Shown here: positions 18,670-28,662 of the stretch, piece by piece
Layout: every line of letters begins with the position of its first letter
Position numbering within the stretch: the first letter of the stretch is position 1
NCBI GenBank assembly: GCA_910576955.1
Contig: CAJTJB010000001.1
Coordinates: forward strand, 238,739 to 302,738
Direction: 5' to 3'
DNA from: an uncultured Alphaproteobacteria bacterium
Lineage (GTDB): Bacteria > Pseudomonadota > Alphaproteobacteria > RF32 > CAG-239
DNA: 64,000 nt
Made by a program: the position numbers and the translations under genes
Notes under the pieces: generated by a model
Told to the model about the DNA's origin: nothing
Seen by the model: only the letters and a program-made list of their open reading frames with translations
Database searches by the model: none

Positions 18670-19563
18670 ATGTTTGCCAGACCAGAAGTTGCCGTTTTGC
18701 CGGTGGCAGGGCTTTCAACCCGCAATTTGCCGGCAACAAAGGCTATGCATAAGGGCTTTTTATGCTTAAACAACCTACCGATTATCCAATATGCCGTTGA
18801 TGCGTGCGCGGAAGCAGGAGTTAAAGAAATTATCTTTATTTACAGCGATGACACCTCGCGGGCGATGTATGAAAACTATTTTTCCCCTAAAAAAGAGCTG
18901 GAAGAACGCCTGCTTCGGCAAGATAAGCTTGAACTTTGGGAAGCGCTGAAAAAAACCGTTCCCGCAGGTGTTAAATTCTCGTTTGCAAGGCAGAGCGAAC
19001 CGAAAGGAAACGGACACGCCGTGTTATGCGCCAAAGAGATTATCGGCAACAGAGATTTTATTGTGATGTGGGTGGATGATGTTTACGTTTGCCGCGGCAA
19101 AGGCATATTGTCCCAACTTTCCGAAGTTTACGAAAGGTGCGGCGGCATTATTGAAAACATTATCGAATTTCCGAAAGAGCAGCTTTCGAGATACGGCGTT
19201 TTGACCGGCGCAGTCAAAGAGGGAAATATCGTTTCGGCCTCGGGCGTTATCGAGAAGCCGAAAATAGAGCAAATCGAATCGCCCTATGCGAGTATGGGAC
19301 CGTATATTTTGCCTAATCTTATTTTAGATATTTTACCCGAGGTGCAAAAGGGCAGTAACGGTGAAATCAACCTAACCGATGCCATTAACCTTGCCGCTCA
19401 TCGCGGAACACCGCTTAAAGGCGTTTTGGCGGCAGCAGAACGCTATGACTGCGGCACAAATGAAGAACTGGCAAAATCAAATATTCGGCTTTCCATACGC
19501 GAAAATAAAGTCTTATACGAAGAGGCAGTCAGAACCGTTAAAGAACTCGACGGCGAGCTCTAG
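18670..19563 (+). CDS. galU: UTP--glucose-1-phosphate uridylyltransferase
   Basis: VAVLPVAGLSTRNLPATKAMHKGFL... matches the nucleotidyltransferase G-x-G-T-R motif and K-(L)P-ATKA signature of GalU. Confidence 0.8.
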   Translation: MFARPEVAVLPVAGLSTRNLPATKAMHKGFLCLNNLPIIQYAVDACAEAGVKEIIFIYSDDTSRAMYENYFSPKKELEERLLRQDKLELWEALKKTVPAGVKFSFARQSEPKGNGHAVLCAKEIIGNRDFIVMWVDDVYVCRGKGILSQLSEVYERCGGIIENIIEFPKEQLSRYGVLTGAVKEGNIVSASGVIEKPKIEQIESPYASMGPYILPNLILDILPEVQKGSNGEINLTDAINLAAHRGTPLKGVLAAAERYDCGTNEELAKSNIRLSIRENKVLYEEAVRTVKELDGEL

Positions 19564-20510
19564 AGCACCTGCTTTTGATTAAGGCGGAGCGTTTTTATGA
19601 CGCCAAACAGAAAATACAGCTCCAAAAAGCTTTTTTCTATCCGCTTTTTATTCAACACCGTCCGGAAAAAACTGCTGCATTCAAACAAGTTTTTATTGGT
19701 TTCGATGTTTACCAGAACTTCGTTATTAAAAAAGCTGAAAGTTATATTCGGATGATTTTCTTTGGCTTTTAACATGTATTCAAGCATCACGGTTGTGAGC
19801 AGATAACGCGCCTCGATTTGATCTTCGGCATATACCTCATAGGCTTTTTCAAATTCGGGCGATTCCAGCCCTACCCTTTGCAGATTTTTATAATGCGCCA
19901 GTTTATTCAGCCAGCCGCGGTCTTTGACAACGATGGTTTGTCCGCTGAATTTTTTATTCATTCGCGCGCTAAACAATATGCCTCCGCCTGTCTTATGTTT
20001 GACAACACGCGTTTGTCCGTTGGTCCGCTGATATTTTTTTTGATACAGCGCATATTCGCTTATTTTAACCGGTATATCATCGTATGTTCCCTCAAAACAA
20101 TCGTCCGTTTTAATCTCGTCATACGGTTTCATTATTTTAGAATATGACAGCGTTTCTTCGGATAGTTGTTTCCGGAAGGTATAATCGAATTTGCCGAAAA
20201 ATCCTGCTAACAAAGGAAGCAGGCTCTCTTTGCTTTGGCGATAGTAGAGGAACATCGGCAGGCTGGTTAACAGAACGGCAACGCACCCTATTATATTAAC
20301 GCCAACCGGTATATGGGTACTGCTTTCTGATATGATTAGGGAACTGATAATATATCCGAACCACCCGAGTGCAAATAACGAAATCAGATAAAACCGGAAC
20401 AACATTTTTTTGCGTTTTTGTTCCAGTTGTTGCAATTTCGGGAGAAGCGTTTGCGCATAATATATATCAAACTGCCGTTTTGCGGCATTAAGCTCCAAAT
20501 TGTCAGACAT
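19560..20510 (-). CDS. Hypothetical membrane protein (two N-terminal TM helices plus a soluble domain); DUF3137-like by resemblance
   Basis: 316 aa. AT-rich gene, 4-bp convergent overlap with galU, no recognisable catalytic motifs. Confidence 0.5.
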   Translation of the reverse strand: MSDNLELNAAKRQFDIYYAQTLLPKLQQLEQKRKKMLFRFYLISLFALGWFGYIISSLIISESSTHIPVGVNIIGCVAVLLTSLPMFLYYRQSKESLLPLLAGFFGKFDYTFRKQLSEETLSYSKIMKPYDEIKTDDCFEGTYDDIPVKISEYALYQKKYQRTNGQTRVVKHKTGGGILFSARMNKKFSGQTIVVKDRGWLNKLAHYKNLQRVGLESPEFEKAYEVYAEDQIEARYLLTTVMLEYMLKAKENHPNITFSFFNNEVLVNIETNKNLFECSSFFRTVLNKKRIEKSFLELYFLFGVIKTLRLNQKQVL

Positions 20511-20573
20511 TCCGGTTTTCCTTTGGCAAATTTTAATCTTTAGGTTTTATGATAATGCCAATATCTTAAATAT

Positions 20574-21821
20574 TTGTTTAACGGGGACTTTATGATTAAC
20601 GTTTTATGGGCAGGGATGTTTTTAATTGCTGCGGTTGCCGCCCTTATCCAGACTTTGCGGGGCGATACGGAAGCTTTTAATCTTATCATCCGAGCAATCT
20701 TTAAAAGCTCGCAGTCGGCGGTTGAAATTTCTCTCGGGCTTATCGGAATTTTGAGTTTTTGGCTCGGCATACTCAAACTGGTGGAGGAATCGGGCATTGC
20801 CGGTAAAATCTCGGAAAAATTGACTCCCTTATTTCGCGTGATAATGAAAGACATCCCCGAAAACAGCCCTGCCATTTCTACGGTAGTGCTGAATATGGCG
20901 GCAAACTTTTTGGGGTTAGACAATGCGGCAACGCCGACCGGACTTAAAGCGATGGAACAATTGCAAGAGCATAACCGGCAAAAAGATACGGCAAGCGATG
21001 CGCAAATTTTATTTATGATATTAAATTCCTCCGCGATTACGCTTATCCCGATTACGATTTTTATGTATCGGGCGCAGATGGGAGCAAGCCGACCGACGGA
21101 TGTGTTTATTCCGATTTTGCTGGCAACTTCGGTTTCTACGATGGCGGGCTTTATAAGTGTTGCCCTCAAACAGAAAATCCCTTTGGCAAACAAAATATTG
21201 TTAAAATGGTTGTTCGGATTTGGCATATTCATCTTTTTGCTTGCCGGCGGGTTTTATTTGATTGACAGTGAAAACAGGATGGTCGTATCAGCCCTGCTGG
21301 GAAATGCCTTGCTGTTTATGCTCATATGCGCGGTCATTGTCACCGCAGTTTATAAACGCGTGAAATGCTATGAGGCGTTTGTTGAGGGGGCAAAAGAAGG
21401 TTTTGGCGTGGCAATACGCATTCTCCCGTATTTGTTGGCAATGCTTGTTGCTATCGGCATTTTCAGGGCATCGGGAATTTTAGATATGTTCACCGATGGC
21501 ATTCGACAACTTTGCATCCGGTTTGGCGGAAGCGGACAATTTGTTGATGCGCTGCCGACAGCCCTGATGAAACCGCTTTCAGGCAGTGGAGCTCGGGCAA
21601 TGATGATTGAAACAATGCAGACGTACGGCGCTGACAGTTTTGCGGCATTTTGTGCCTCGGTTATTCAGGGCTCAACGGAAACGACCTTTTATGTCTTGAC
21701 GGTTTATTTCGGTGCGATTAATATTTCAAAAACACGGTATGCCCTGAAATATGCTTTATGGGCGGATTTTGCCGGTATTGTTGCGGCTATTGCCGTTTCG
21801 TACTTATTTTATATGCCATAG
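20574..21821 (+). CDS. Nucleoside-recognition-domain membrane protein (fused SpmA/SpmB-like transporter)
   Basis: 415 aa, polytopic, two-lobed and Gly-rich ([20 protein letters not shown] ... [20 protein letters not shown]), resembling the Gate / nucleoside recognition domain. Confidence 0.6.
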   Translation: MFNGDFMINVLWAGMFLIAAVAALIQTLRGDTEAFNLIIRAIFKSSQSAVEISLGLIGILSFWLGILKLVEESGIAGKISEKLTPLFRVIMKDIPENSPAISTVVLNMAANFLGLDNAATPTGLKAMEQLQEHNRQKDTASDAQILFMILNSSAITLIPITIFMYRAQMGASRPTDVFIPILLATSVSTMAGFISVALKQKIPLANKILLKWLFGFGIFIFLLAGGFYLIDSENRMVVSALLGNALLFMLICAVIVTAVYKRVKCYEAFVEGAKEGFGVAIRILPYLLAMLVAIGIFRASGILDMFTDGIRQLCIRFGGSGQFVDALPTALMKPLSGSGARAMMIETMQTYGADSFAAFCASVIQGSTETTFYVLTVYFGAINISKTRYALKYALWADFAGIVAAIAVSYLFYMP

Positions 21822-21831
21822 GAGAGATGCA

Positions 21832-22269
21832 ATGAAACTTTTGGTACAGCGCGTTTTAGAGGCTAGCGTTGAGGTGGAACACCGTATCACCGGACAAATC
21901 GGGCAAGGGCTGCTCGTGTTTCTCGGTGTGGAAAAAGGCGATACTGCCGCACAGGCGGATTATCTGGCTCAAAAACTCCTTAACCTGCGGATTTTTGAAG
22001 ACAGCGATGGTAAAATGAATTTATCTGTTGCGGATATTAAAGGCGGTTTATTGGTTATCTCGCAGTTTACGCTTGCCGCTGATACCACGCACGGCAACCG
22101 CCCCGGATTTTCTAATGCGGAAGAACCGGCAAAAGCGCAAGAAATGTATGACTACTTCAATACGATTTTGAAAAACAAAGGTTTTCCGCCGCAAAACGGG
22201 ATTTTTCAGGCAGAAATGAAAGTGCGGCTTATCAACGACGGACCGGCAACCTTTTGGCTTAGCCGCTAA
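21832..22269 (+). CDS. dtd: D-aminoacyl-tRNA deacylase
   Basis: [33 protein letters not shown] ... [17 protein letters not shown] is the canonical Dtd pattern. The ATG at 21832 follows GGAGAG; the track start at 21751 is an upstream extension overlapping the previous gene. Confidence 0.9.
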   Translation: MKLLVQRVLEASVEVEHRITGQIGQGLLVFLGVEKGDTAAQADYLAQKLLNLRIFEDSDGKMNLSVADIKGGLLVISQFTLAADTTHGNRPGFSNAEEPAKAQEMYDYFNTILKNKGFPPQNGIFQAEMKVRLINDGPATFWLSR

Positions 22270-22271
22270 TT

Positions 22272-23171
22272 TTAATATTTAAGCAACGTATTCAATTTGC
22301 CTGCCATTGCCTCTAAAGCGTCTTCAAGCAATTTGGCCATCAGCTTTTGCGCGATGTCTTGTCTGTTTTGCTCTTCGGAAATGATGATATAACGGTTTTG
22401 CTGCTCGGTATCAACAACAATGCCGTTTGTTTTCTGCAGCTCTATTGCCACAGACATACTGTACCGGCTGTTTTTGCCATCAATCTTTTCCATTTTGGAC
22501 TGCAGCAGTTTGGGGACTATGAAATAATCTGCTAGTTCTTTGCTTTCGGTTACCAACACTTTGGGTTCAAAAGAAAGTTTTTGCGCTAATTTTGCCGTGT
22601 ATGCCGAAGTGGTTTCGTGATTATAGAACTCGACGTCTTTTATATATATAAGAGGTATTGCCCCGTCATCTTCTTCAATCGATTTAGGAAGAAGAGCGGT
22701 CACTTCCCGGGCTATTTTTTTGACATTTTGCACGGCAAACGTGTTTTCGGCTTTTTCCTGCCTTATCGCATCGGCTTTTTGCGTATCCAAATATCCGGAA
22801 AACTCCAGACATATCCTTTCTTCATCATCACGCACGGTGATGATTGACACGTCATTTAAGGCTTTGTCCGCAAGCTTATATGCCAAAACGCCATAGCTGT
22901 GGTCATCCAGACCGGATGCATTTTTTTGCATATACTCCGATGTTTTTACTGCCATAAAAGCTGCTTTGTCATAGGCTTCAAAACGCGTGTCGGAGGGGGA
23001 TTTTCCGGCAGCAACATTTTGGCAGACCGCTGACTTTACGGGCAACAAAAAACTGTCTGCCCGGACAGTGCTTACGAAACTTATAAGCACCACCCCGACA
23101 GACAGCTTAATCAGAGTTTTTATCATATACAGGTTAGTCCTGAACCTGTCTGATAATTTCAACCCACTCAT
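22272..23171 (-). CDS. Hypothetical secreted protein
   Basis: About 285-299 aa. The probable start MIKTLIKLSVGVVLISFVSTVRA is a signal peptide. Co-directional with the upstream lipoprotein gene. Confidence 0.55.
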   Translation of the reverse strand: MSGLKLSDRFRTNLYMIKTLIKLSVGVVLISFVSTVRADSFLLPVKSAVCQNVAAGKSPSDTRFEAYDKAAFMAVKTSEYMQKNASGLDDHSYGVLAYKLADKALNDVSIITVRDDEERICLEFSGYLDTQKADAIRQEKAENTFAVQNVKKIAREVTALLPKSIEEDDGAIPLIYIKDVEFYNHETTSAYTAKLAQKLSFEPKVLVTESKELADYFIVPKLLQSKMEKIDGKNSRYSMSVAIELQKTNGIVVDTEQQNRYIIISEEQNRQDIAQKLMAKLLEDALEAMAGKLNTLLKY

Positions 23172-24084
23172 TTACTTTCTGACCGTTTCTGTCAAGCAAA
23201 GACAATTTATATTGCAGGGCAGGCATAACATTATCAGATGTTACATACCAATCTGCCGATGTATCAATTACGAAATCTGCATCGTTGGCATTGTTTACAA
23301 CATCAAATGCTCTTGAACCATCAATAATTTCTTTTGTGATGCCTCTTAAGCGATGGCTGCCATACGGCAAATCAGAACTCATTAAACGCGTATCTTTTAA
23401 ATATACGGTTCGGCTTGCACCATTATCATAGACAGCTGCCGTATCCTGCAACATCCGGTTTGTGGCACGCGTGGCTACAACATCATAAGCTTCCGGCTTA
23501 TATTTGGCTGCAGCGGCTGCACTTACTTTTGCCGATGAAGAGTTCATGGCTACCACTTCGGAACGATACGGGTTTCTTTCAACCGTTACTTCAACCAAAT
23601 CTTCTGCCGCAGCAGGTGCAGGAGCTGCCGAAACCTGATTATATCCGGAATAACTTACTTCTTCTACCGGAACAATTTCTTCATGTGTGGTTACAACAGG
23701 TTCGCAAACAGGTTTGCCGCAGGGCTCTTCCAACGTGGTGGTGGTGGTAATAATTTTTTTAGTGGTTGTGACTTTGGGCTGCGGCGCAGGCATCGGTTGG
23801 CAACCGCAAGACTGCATACACGGCGCCTGATAGCACGGCATCGGCTGAACTTCCGCACAGGGGCAGTCATATACTGGTGTCGGTGCCGGAATGTAAACCG
23901 GTTCCTGTTTTACAACAACCGGAGCTGCTACCGGTGCTGCAACAGGTTCGGGTTCAACAACCGGAGCCGGCTCAACATATGTCTGGTCATCAAACATAAC
24001 AACATCGACTTCTTCCCACTGGTTTTCATCGCATGCACAAGCAGCTAACAGACCGCAGGCTACTACACTTAAAACTTTTTTCAT
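23134..24084 (-). CDS. Lipoprotein with a Pro/Cys-rich linker and a C-terminal globular domain (LpoB/LPP20-like resemblance, uncertain)
   Basis: Lipobox MKKVLSVVACGLLAAC. Pro/Val repeats (PAPVVEPEPVAAPVAAPVVV) and a Cys/Pro cluster (CPCAEVQPMPCYQAPCMQSCGCQPMPAPQP) precede the C-terminal domain. Confidence 0.6.
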   Translation of the reverse strand: MKKVLSVVACGLLAACACDENQWEEVDVVMFDDQTYVEPAPVVEPEPVAAPVAAPVVVKQEPVYIPAPTPVYDCPCAEVQPMPCYQAPCMQSCGCQPMPAPQPKVTTTKKIITTTTTLEEPCGKPVCEPVVTTHEEIVPVEEVSYSGYNQVSAAPAPAAAEDLVEVTVERNPYRSEVVAMNSSSAKVSAAAAAKYKPEAYDVVATRATNRMLQDTAAVYDNGASRTVYLKDTRLMSSDLPYGSHRLRGITKEIIDGSRAFDVVNNANDADFVIDTSADWYVTSDNVMPALQYKLSLLDRNGQKVNEWVEIIRQVQD

Positions 24085-24213
24085 AGGGCTTCTCCTAATT
24101 AAATCTATTTATTGTTTATTTTACTTTTAGAACAAAGCAATTAAAATTTTCTTAAGTTTTTAATTTACAATTCATTTTTTTTGTGATAGCCGATAATTGT
24201 TTACGGAGGATTT

Positions 24214-24657
24214 ATGATTATCACATTTGCAACACTTATATTTGCTTTTTTATTCCTCTTCAAGGGGGTACAGAAAAATACTTTTTTTATATTTTATGCC
24301 CTTTTGATGATTGGCGCGGCGTTTTATTGTGAAAATTATTTAGGCTGGCGGGTTCGCTTGTTCGGCAAAACCGCGTTTATGTTGTTTTTGTTATTTCATT
24401 TTCCGTTCATTAACCTTTTTACATTTTTGGCTTATGGCAGAGATAAACACTGCGCGAAATGCGGCGAATGGCGTATTCCGGAGGTGCAGCTGCATACTTT
24501 AGAATTATTAGGCGGCACTATCGGTGCTCTTGCCGGTCAAAAAATTTTTCACCATAAAAACAAGAAAAAAACATATATGGCAACCTTTTGGGCCGCCACG
24601 CTGTTACAGCTCGGACTTATATATTATATTGCCAAAGCTTTCGGCTTTATAGGGTAA
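24214..24657 (+). CDS. Small membrane protein, DUF1294-like
   Basis: 147 aa, 3-4 TM helices, with a CAKCGEWRIPE motif. Confidence 0.5.
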   Translation: MIITFATLIFAFLFLFKGVQKNTFFIFYALLMIGAAFYCENYLGWRVRLFGKTAFMLFLLFHFPFINLFTFLAYGRDKHCAKCGEWRIPEVQLHTLELLGGTIGALAGQKIFHHKNKKKTYMATFWAATLLQLGLIYYIAKAFGFIG

Positions 24658-25212
24658 TCACATAACCATAGCTTCGGCATATAATGCCTGCATCGGTGAA
24701 ATGTTTTGGCGCATTACGGCATTAAATATCGGATAAACCCGCTCGCATTCCATTATTGACAATTCTATGATTTTGCTGATTTTAGAGGTAAACAACTCTT
24801 CAGTATCCTGCAAAATAAGCGAGTGCTTGAAAATCGGCATTTTCTGCTCGCTCCAATAGGAAAAATGCCCAAGCCAGAGGTTTTCATTCAAAAGAGCCAG
24901 CAATTCAAACATTTTGCCACGGTCAACCGCTGCGGTTTCCATATTTAAAAGACACGAAATATGCAGACAGCGCATATGCTCTTCGTAAGCAAAAAAGACC
25001 AGCATATTATCCCACTTGCCCAAAACCTCGGCTACCAGCTCGTTATCTTTGCGGCGATCAAACGAAATATTGTCGCGAACAAAAATATTTTCGATGGTAT
25101 CAATAGGATTATACATATCCTGTTCTAATGCTAAATTCATTATTGCTTTACCTTTTTTAAGCCAAATTTTCAGTTCGCTTTTATTTTTGCAACACGCAGC
25201 GATTTTTAACAA
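24658..25212 (-). CDS. YbjN-like (putative sensory transduction regulator / T3SS-chaperone-like fold) protein
   Basis: 160-184 aa, acidic, of YbjN domain size and pattern. The probable start is the internal MNLALEQDMYNPIDTIENIF. Confidence 0.4.
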   Translation of the reverse strand: MLKIAACCKNKSELKIWLKKGKAIMNLALEQDMYNPIDTIENIFVRDNISFDRRKDNELVAEVLGKWDNMLVFFAYEEHMRCLHISCLLNMETAAVDRGKMFELLALLNENLWLGHFSYWSEQKMPIFKHSLILQDTEELFTSKISKIIELSIMECERVYPIFNAVMRQNISPMQALYAEAMVM

Positions 25213-25389
25213 TCAGATTATGTAGTTTTCCACTTATTTAAGAAAAAAGTAACCTTTTCTATTTTTGTAAATTTCGCAAATTCAATATGTTAAAAAATAA
25301 AAAGAAAAAATCCTATTTTTTATGTGGATTATATTTTTTTGTTAAGATAAATTTAAGCTGTTTTGAGCGGCAACCTATGGAGAGATTAG

Positions 25390-26184
25390 ATGTATTTTGA
25401 TTTTCCGGATATTTCACCCGTTATTTTTTCTATCGGTCCTTTTGCGCTGCGTTGGTATGCGATGGCGTATCTGGCAGGAATCGTTATTGCGTGGTTATTA
25501 ACAAGCCGCAACATCAAAAAATACAATCTCGGTATTTCCACAGAACAGTTAGACGATTTAGTTTTTTACACAACGCTCGGCATTATTTTGGGCGGACGGC
25601 TCGGCTATGTGATTTGCTATGGCGACGGCTATTTTTGGCATTATCCCGCCGAGATTTTTGCCGTGTGGCACGGCGGTATGTCTTTTCACGGCGGCATAAC
25701 CGGCGTTATCATTGCCCTTTATTGTTTTGCGCACAAATATAAATTTTCCTATCTGAAAATTACGGATTTGGTTGCTTTGCATGTTCCTATCGGCATATTT
25801 TTAGGCAGGCTTGCCAACTTTGTGAACGGCGAGCTCTGGGGGCGGATTACGACCGTGCCGTGGGCGGTTAAATTTCCGGACGGAGGATATTTGCCGCGGC
25901 ATCCGTCGCAGCTTTATGAGGCTATGACCGAGGGTGTGTTGATGTTTATCATTCTTAACCTTTTGTGGCGCAAAGAATTTGTGCGCAGCCATACCGGCAT
26001 CATTTCTGCCGTTTTCCTGATTATTTACGGCTTATCACGGATTTCAATGGAATTTTTCCGCGAGCCGGACCGCCAAATCGGATATATTGCCGGCTCTGTA
26101 ACTATGGGGCAGATTTTATCGCTGCCGTTTCTCATTTTGGGCATATACATTCTGCACCGCAGCCTAAAGAAAAGGGAAGATTAA
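25390..26184 (+). CDS. lgt: Prolipoprotein diacylglyceryl transferase
   Basis: 264 aa with the Lgt signature ...GGRLGYV...HGGMSFHGG...FLGRLANFVNGELWGR...HPSQLYEA. Confidence 0.92.
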   Translation: MYFDFPDISPVIFSIGPFALRWYAMAYLAGIVIAWLLTSRNIKKYNLGISTEQLDDLVFYTTLGIILGGRLGYVICYGDGYFWHYPAEIFAVWHGGMSFHGGITGVIIALYCFAHKYKFSYLKITDLVALHVPIGIFLGRLANFVNGELWGRITTVPWAVKFPDGGYLPRHPSQLYEAMTEGVLMFIILNLLWRKEFVRSHTGIISAVFLIIYGLSRISMEFFREPDRQIGYIAGSVTMGQILSLPFLILGIYILHRSLKKRED

Positions 26185-27356
26185 GCTTTAATCGTGATAT
26201 TGCGCGTAAATTTGCAGGCTTTTTGCAGATTTTCTTCCGCACGTTCCAAAACTGCGACGGCATTGCTGTCACTGCGTTTCTTTTCGCTGACACATTGCGA
26301 CACCGTTAGCTGCAGATGATTGTTTTCATTAAAAATAAAAACCGACTTTACGAGCGAGCGGCGAATATCTTCGGCCTTTTCAAAGCACTCCGAGGCATTA
26401 AAATTTAAAAACGTGAGAATAAAGGAATCGCCTTTATAATTATATATATGCACATCCGGACTGACTTTGTTTATCCGGTTGATAAACATTTTTTTCAGCA
26501 TCACCATTTTATGACTGCCGAAACGTTTTAACAAACGCTCGTAATCGTCAATATACATCAGGGATATGCTGTATTTCAGGGGATATTTCCTTTCTGCTTC
26601 ATAAGAATATGCATTGTATCCGGCAATATCCAACTCTTCATCCTTAAATCTTATATATGAGAGATAACTTATTACCGAAACGAGTTCCACCGCCGCCGCT
26701 GCCAATAAAAATAAATTAAACGCAAACAGATTGTCTGACTGCAACACGCCGATAAAAACCATAACAGCAGAGAAAAAGGCGGCGGCGCTTAATATCTTTC
26801 CTTTTTTGACATAACAAACCAGCAGGGCAAAAATTGATATAAGCGATAAATAAAACGCCGGATAATTCAACATTCCGATATGTTTATAGAAATAATAAGA
26901 ATCGGCATTCAAATTCGGATTTTGCGTTTTTTCGATTATGGCAGTTTCTATAAATAAGAAAATATAAAACCAGCTCCAATGCCGATGCTTTCCATATTTA
27001 CGGAACAGCATATACGCCAGCACAAGGTTTGGCAGGAGCAGTATGCACCATATGTTATAACCGGCAGAAAAGATATAGTCTTCACCATAGAGGTAGCGTT
27101 GCGAACTGATAACGATATAGCTTATATAAATCACGGAAACAGACGCCGTTACGGACATTACACGAAAAAATGCCGATATCAAAAAAGAGAGGGCAACGGC
27201 TGAAATAAACAGTGTATGGATTGTCCGGTAGGCGCTTTCCGAAAACTCGGAAACGGCAAAAAAATATACCAAAAACATTCCCGCCAGAAACTCCGGCAGC
27301 AAAGAATTTTTACCAAACTGAAAAATCTTTTCCGGTTCAAACCCTGCTTTTATCAC
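26181..27356 (-). CDS. Polytopic membrane protein with a C-terminal degenerate GGDEF-like domain
   Basis: About 7 N-terminal TM helices. The C-terminus has ...SISLMYIDDYERL...YNYKGDSFILTF..., a diguanylate-cyclase fold with KGDSF in place of GG(D/E)EF. Confidence 0.5.
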   Translation of the reverse strand: MIKAGFEPEKIFQFGKNSLLPEFLAGMFLVYFFAVSEFSESAYRTIHTLFISAVALSFLISAFFRVMSVTASVSVIYISYIVISSQRYLYGEDYIFSAGYNIWCILLLPNLVLAYMLFRKYGKHRHWSWFYIFLFIETAIIEKTQNPNLNADSYYFYKHIGMLNYPAFYLSLISIFALLVCYVKKGKILSAAAFFSAVMVFIGVLQSDNLFAFNLFLLAAAAVELVSVISYLSYIRFKDEELDIAGYNAYSYEAERKYPLKYSISLMYIDDYERLLKRFGSHKMVMLKKMFINRINKVSPDVHIYNYKGDSFILTFLNFNASECFEKAEDIRRSLVKSVFIFNENNHLQLTVSQCVSEKKRSDSNAVAVLERAEENLQKACKFTRNITIKA

Positions 27357-27407
27357 TATACGCTCCGCAAATTTGCCTTATTTGCGCCGTATTATAATGC
27401 ATAAAAG

Positions 27408-28532
27408 TTAAATTTTATTTACACATTTAAGGATTGAACTGTCGCCATACGAATAAAAACGATATTTTTCTTTGATGGCGTGAGCATATGCCGCTTTCAT
27501 CCGCTCGGTGCCGGCTATCGCGCAAATCAACATAAAGAGGGTCGATTTCGGAAGATGAAAATTCGTGATAATATAATCAATGACTTTAAATTTATATCCG
27601 GGCGTAATAAAAATCGCGGTTTCACCGTTAAACGGGTGCAATGTACCGTTTTCATCAGCGGCGCTTTCCAGCAGGCGCACGGATGTTGTGCCGACGGCAA
27701 TAACGCGGCGTCCCTCTTTTTTGGCCTGATTGATAATATCGCAGGACTCTTTAGTAATAATTCCGTATTCGGCGTGCATTTTATGGTCTTCAGTATTATC
27801 CGTTTTAACCGGCAGAAACGTCCCTGCCCCGACATGCAGCGTCAGAAAAACCTTAGTAACGCCCTTTTCCTCTATTCTTTTTAAAACATCATCGGTAAAA
27901 TGCAGTCCGGCGGTCGGCGCGGCAACAGCCCCTTCGTATTTGGCATAAACCGTCTGGTAATTTTCTTTGTCATTATATTTATTCCATATTCCGGCGACAG
28001 GCTTTTCCCGCTTAATATATGGCGGAAGAGGCATTAAGCCGTAAGTTTCAAGCATTTTTGCCAGAGTATCCACTGCGCAGAGAAATTCCAGAAGTACACC
28101 GTCTTCCCCGCGTTTTTCAAGCACGCGCGCTTTGAAAGCAGATTCTTCGGGCGAAATTTCGGAAGTATAAAAAGTGACAATATCTTCGGGGTGCAGGCGT
28201 TTGGAATTTTTAATAAAAGCCCACCAAGACAGCCCATTTTCAGGGTGGTAAAGCGTTACTTCCACCTCTGCCTCGCCGCGTTTGCCGTATAATCGCGCCG
28301 GAATGACTTTTGTATTATTAAAGACTAAAACATCGCCCTGTTGCAACATATCCGGCAAATCATAAAAATGGCGGTCTTTTATGATATTTTCTTCCGTTAA
28401 ATCAAGCAGTTTTGAAGAATCCCGCGGAGTCGCAGGCTCTTTGGCAATCAAATCCTTATCCAGCTCAAAATCAAATAAATCTACGCGCATATTGTCCTCT
28501 TTATTGCTATATTTGCGGTTTTTATAATACAA
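27408..28532 (-). CDS. queA: S-adenosylmethionine:tRNA ribosyltransferase-isomerase
   Basis: MRVDLFDFELDKDLIAKEPATPRDSSKLL matches the QueA N-terminus, and the C-terminus has GTTSVRLLES. The probable ATG is near 28490; the track start is an upstream extension. Confidence 0.9.
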   Translation of the reverse strand: MYYKNRKYSNKEDNMRVDLFDFELDKDLIAKEPATPRDSSKLLDLTEENIIKDRHFYDLPDMLQQGDVLVFNNTKVIPARLYGKRGEAEVEVTLYHPENGLSWWAFIKNSKRLHPEDIVTFYTSEISPEESAFKARVLEKRGEDGVLLEFLCAVDTLAKMLETYGLMPLPPYIKREKPVAGIWNKYNDKENYQTVYAKYEGAVAAPTAGLHFTDDVLKRIEEKGVTKVFLTLHVGAGTFLPVKTDNTEDHKMHAEYGIITKESCDIINQAKKEGRRVIAVGTTSVRLLESAADENGTLHPFNGETAIFITPGYKFKVIDYIITNFHLPKSTLFMLICAIAGTERMKAAYAHAIKEKYRFYSYGDSSILKCVNKI

Positions 28533-28619
28533 TGACTTTAATTTCGCAATGTTTTTTTATTATCTTGCGCCAATTTTGACAATATTTTAAAAAATATTTA
28601 AAATCGACAAAATTTTCTA

Positions 28620-28648
28620 TTGAAATTATTGATTTCTTATTGTATAAT
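28620..28648 (+). promoter_or_regulatory. Near-consensus sigma70 promoter upstream of the repeat-protein gene
   Basis: TTGAAA (28620-28625), 17-nt spacer, TATAAT (28643-28648), in an AT-rich intergenic region. Confidence 0.6.
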
Positions 28649-28662
28649 GCCTTTAAATTTAA

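Noticed and set aside
20540-21232. 230-aa minus-strand ORF overlapping the start of the nucleoside-recognition-domain gene
   Set aside because: The plus-strand 415-aa ORF has a coherent polytopic, two-lobed transporter-like sequence. The antisense ORF is low-complexity, so the plus strand was chosen.
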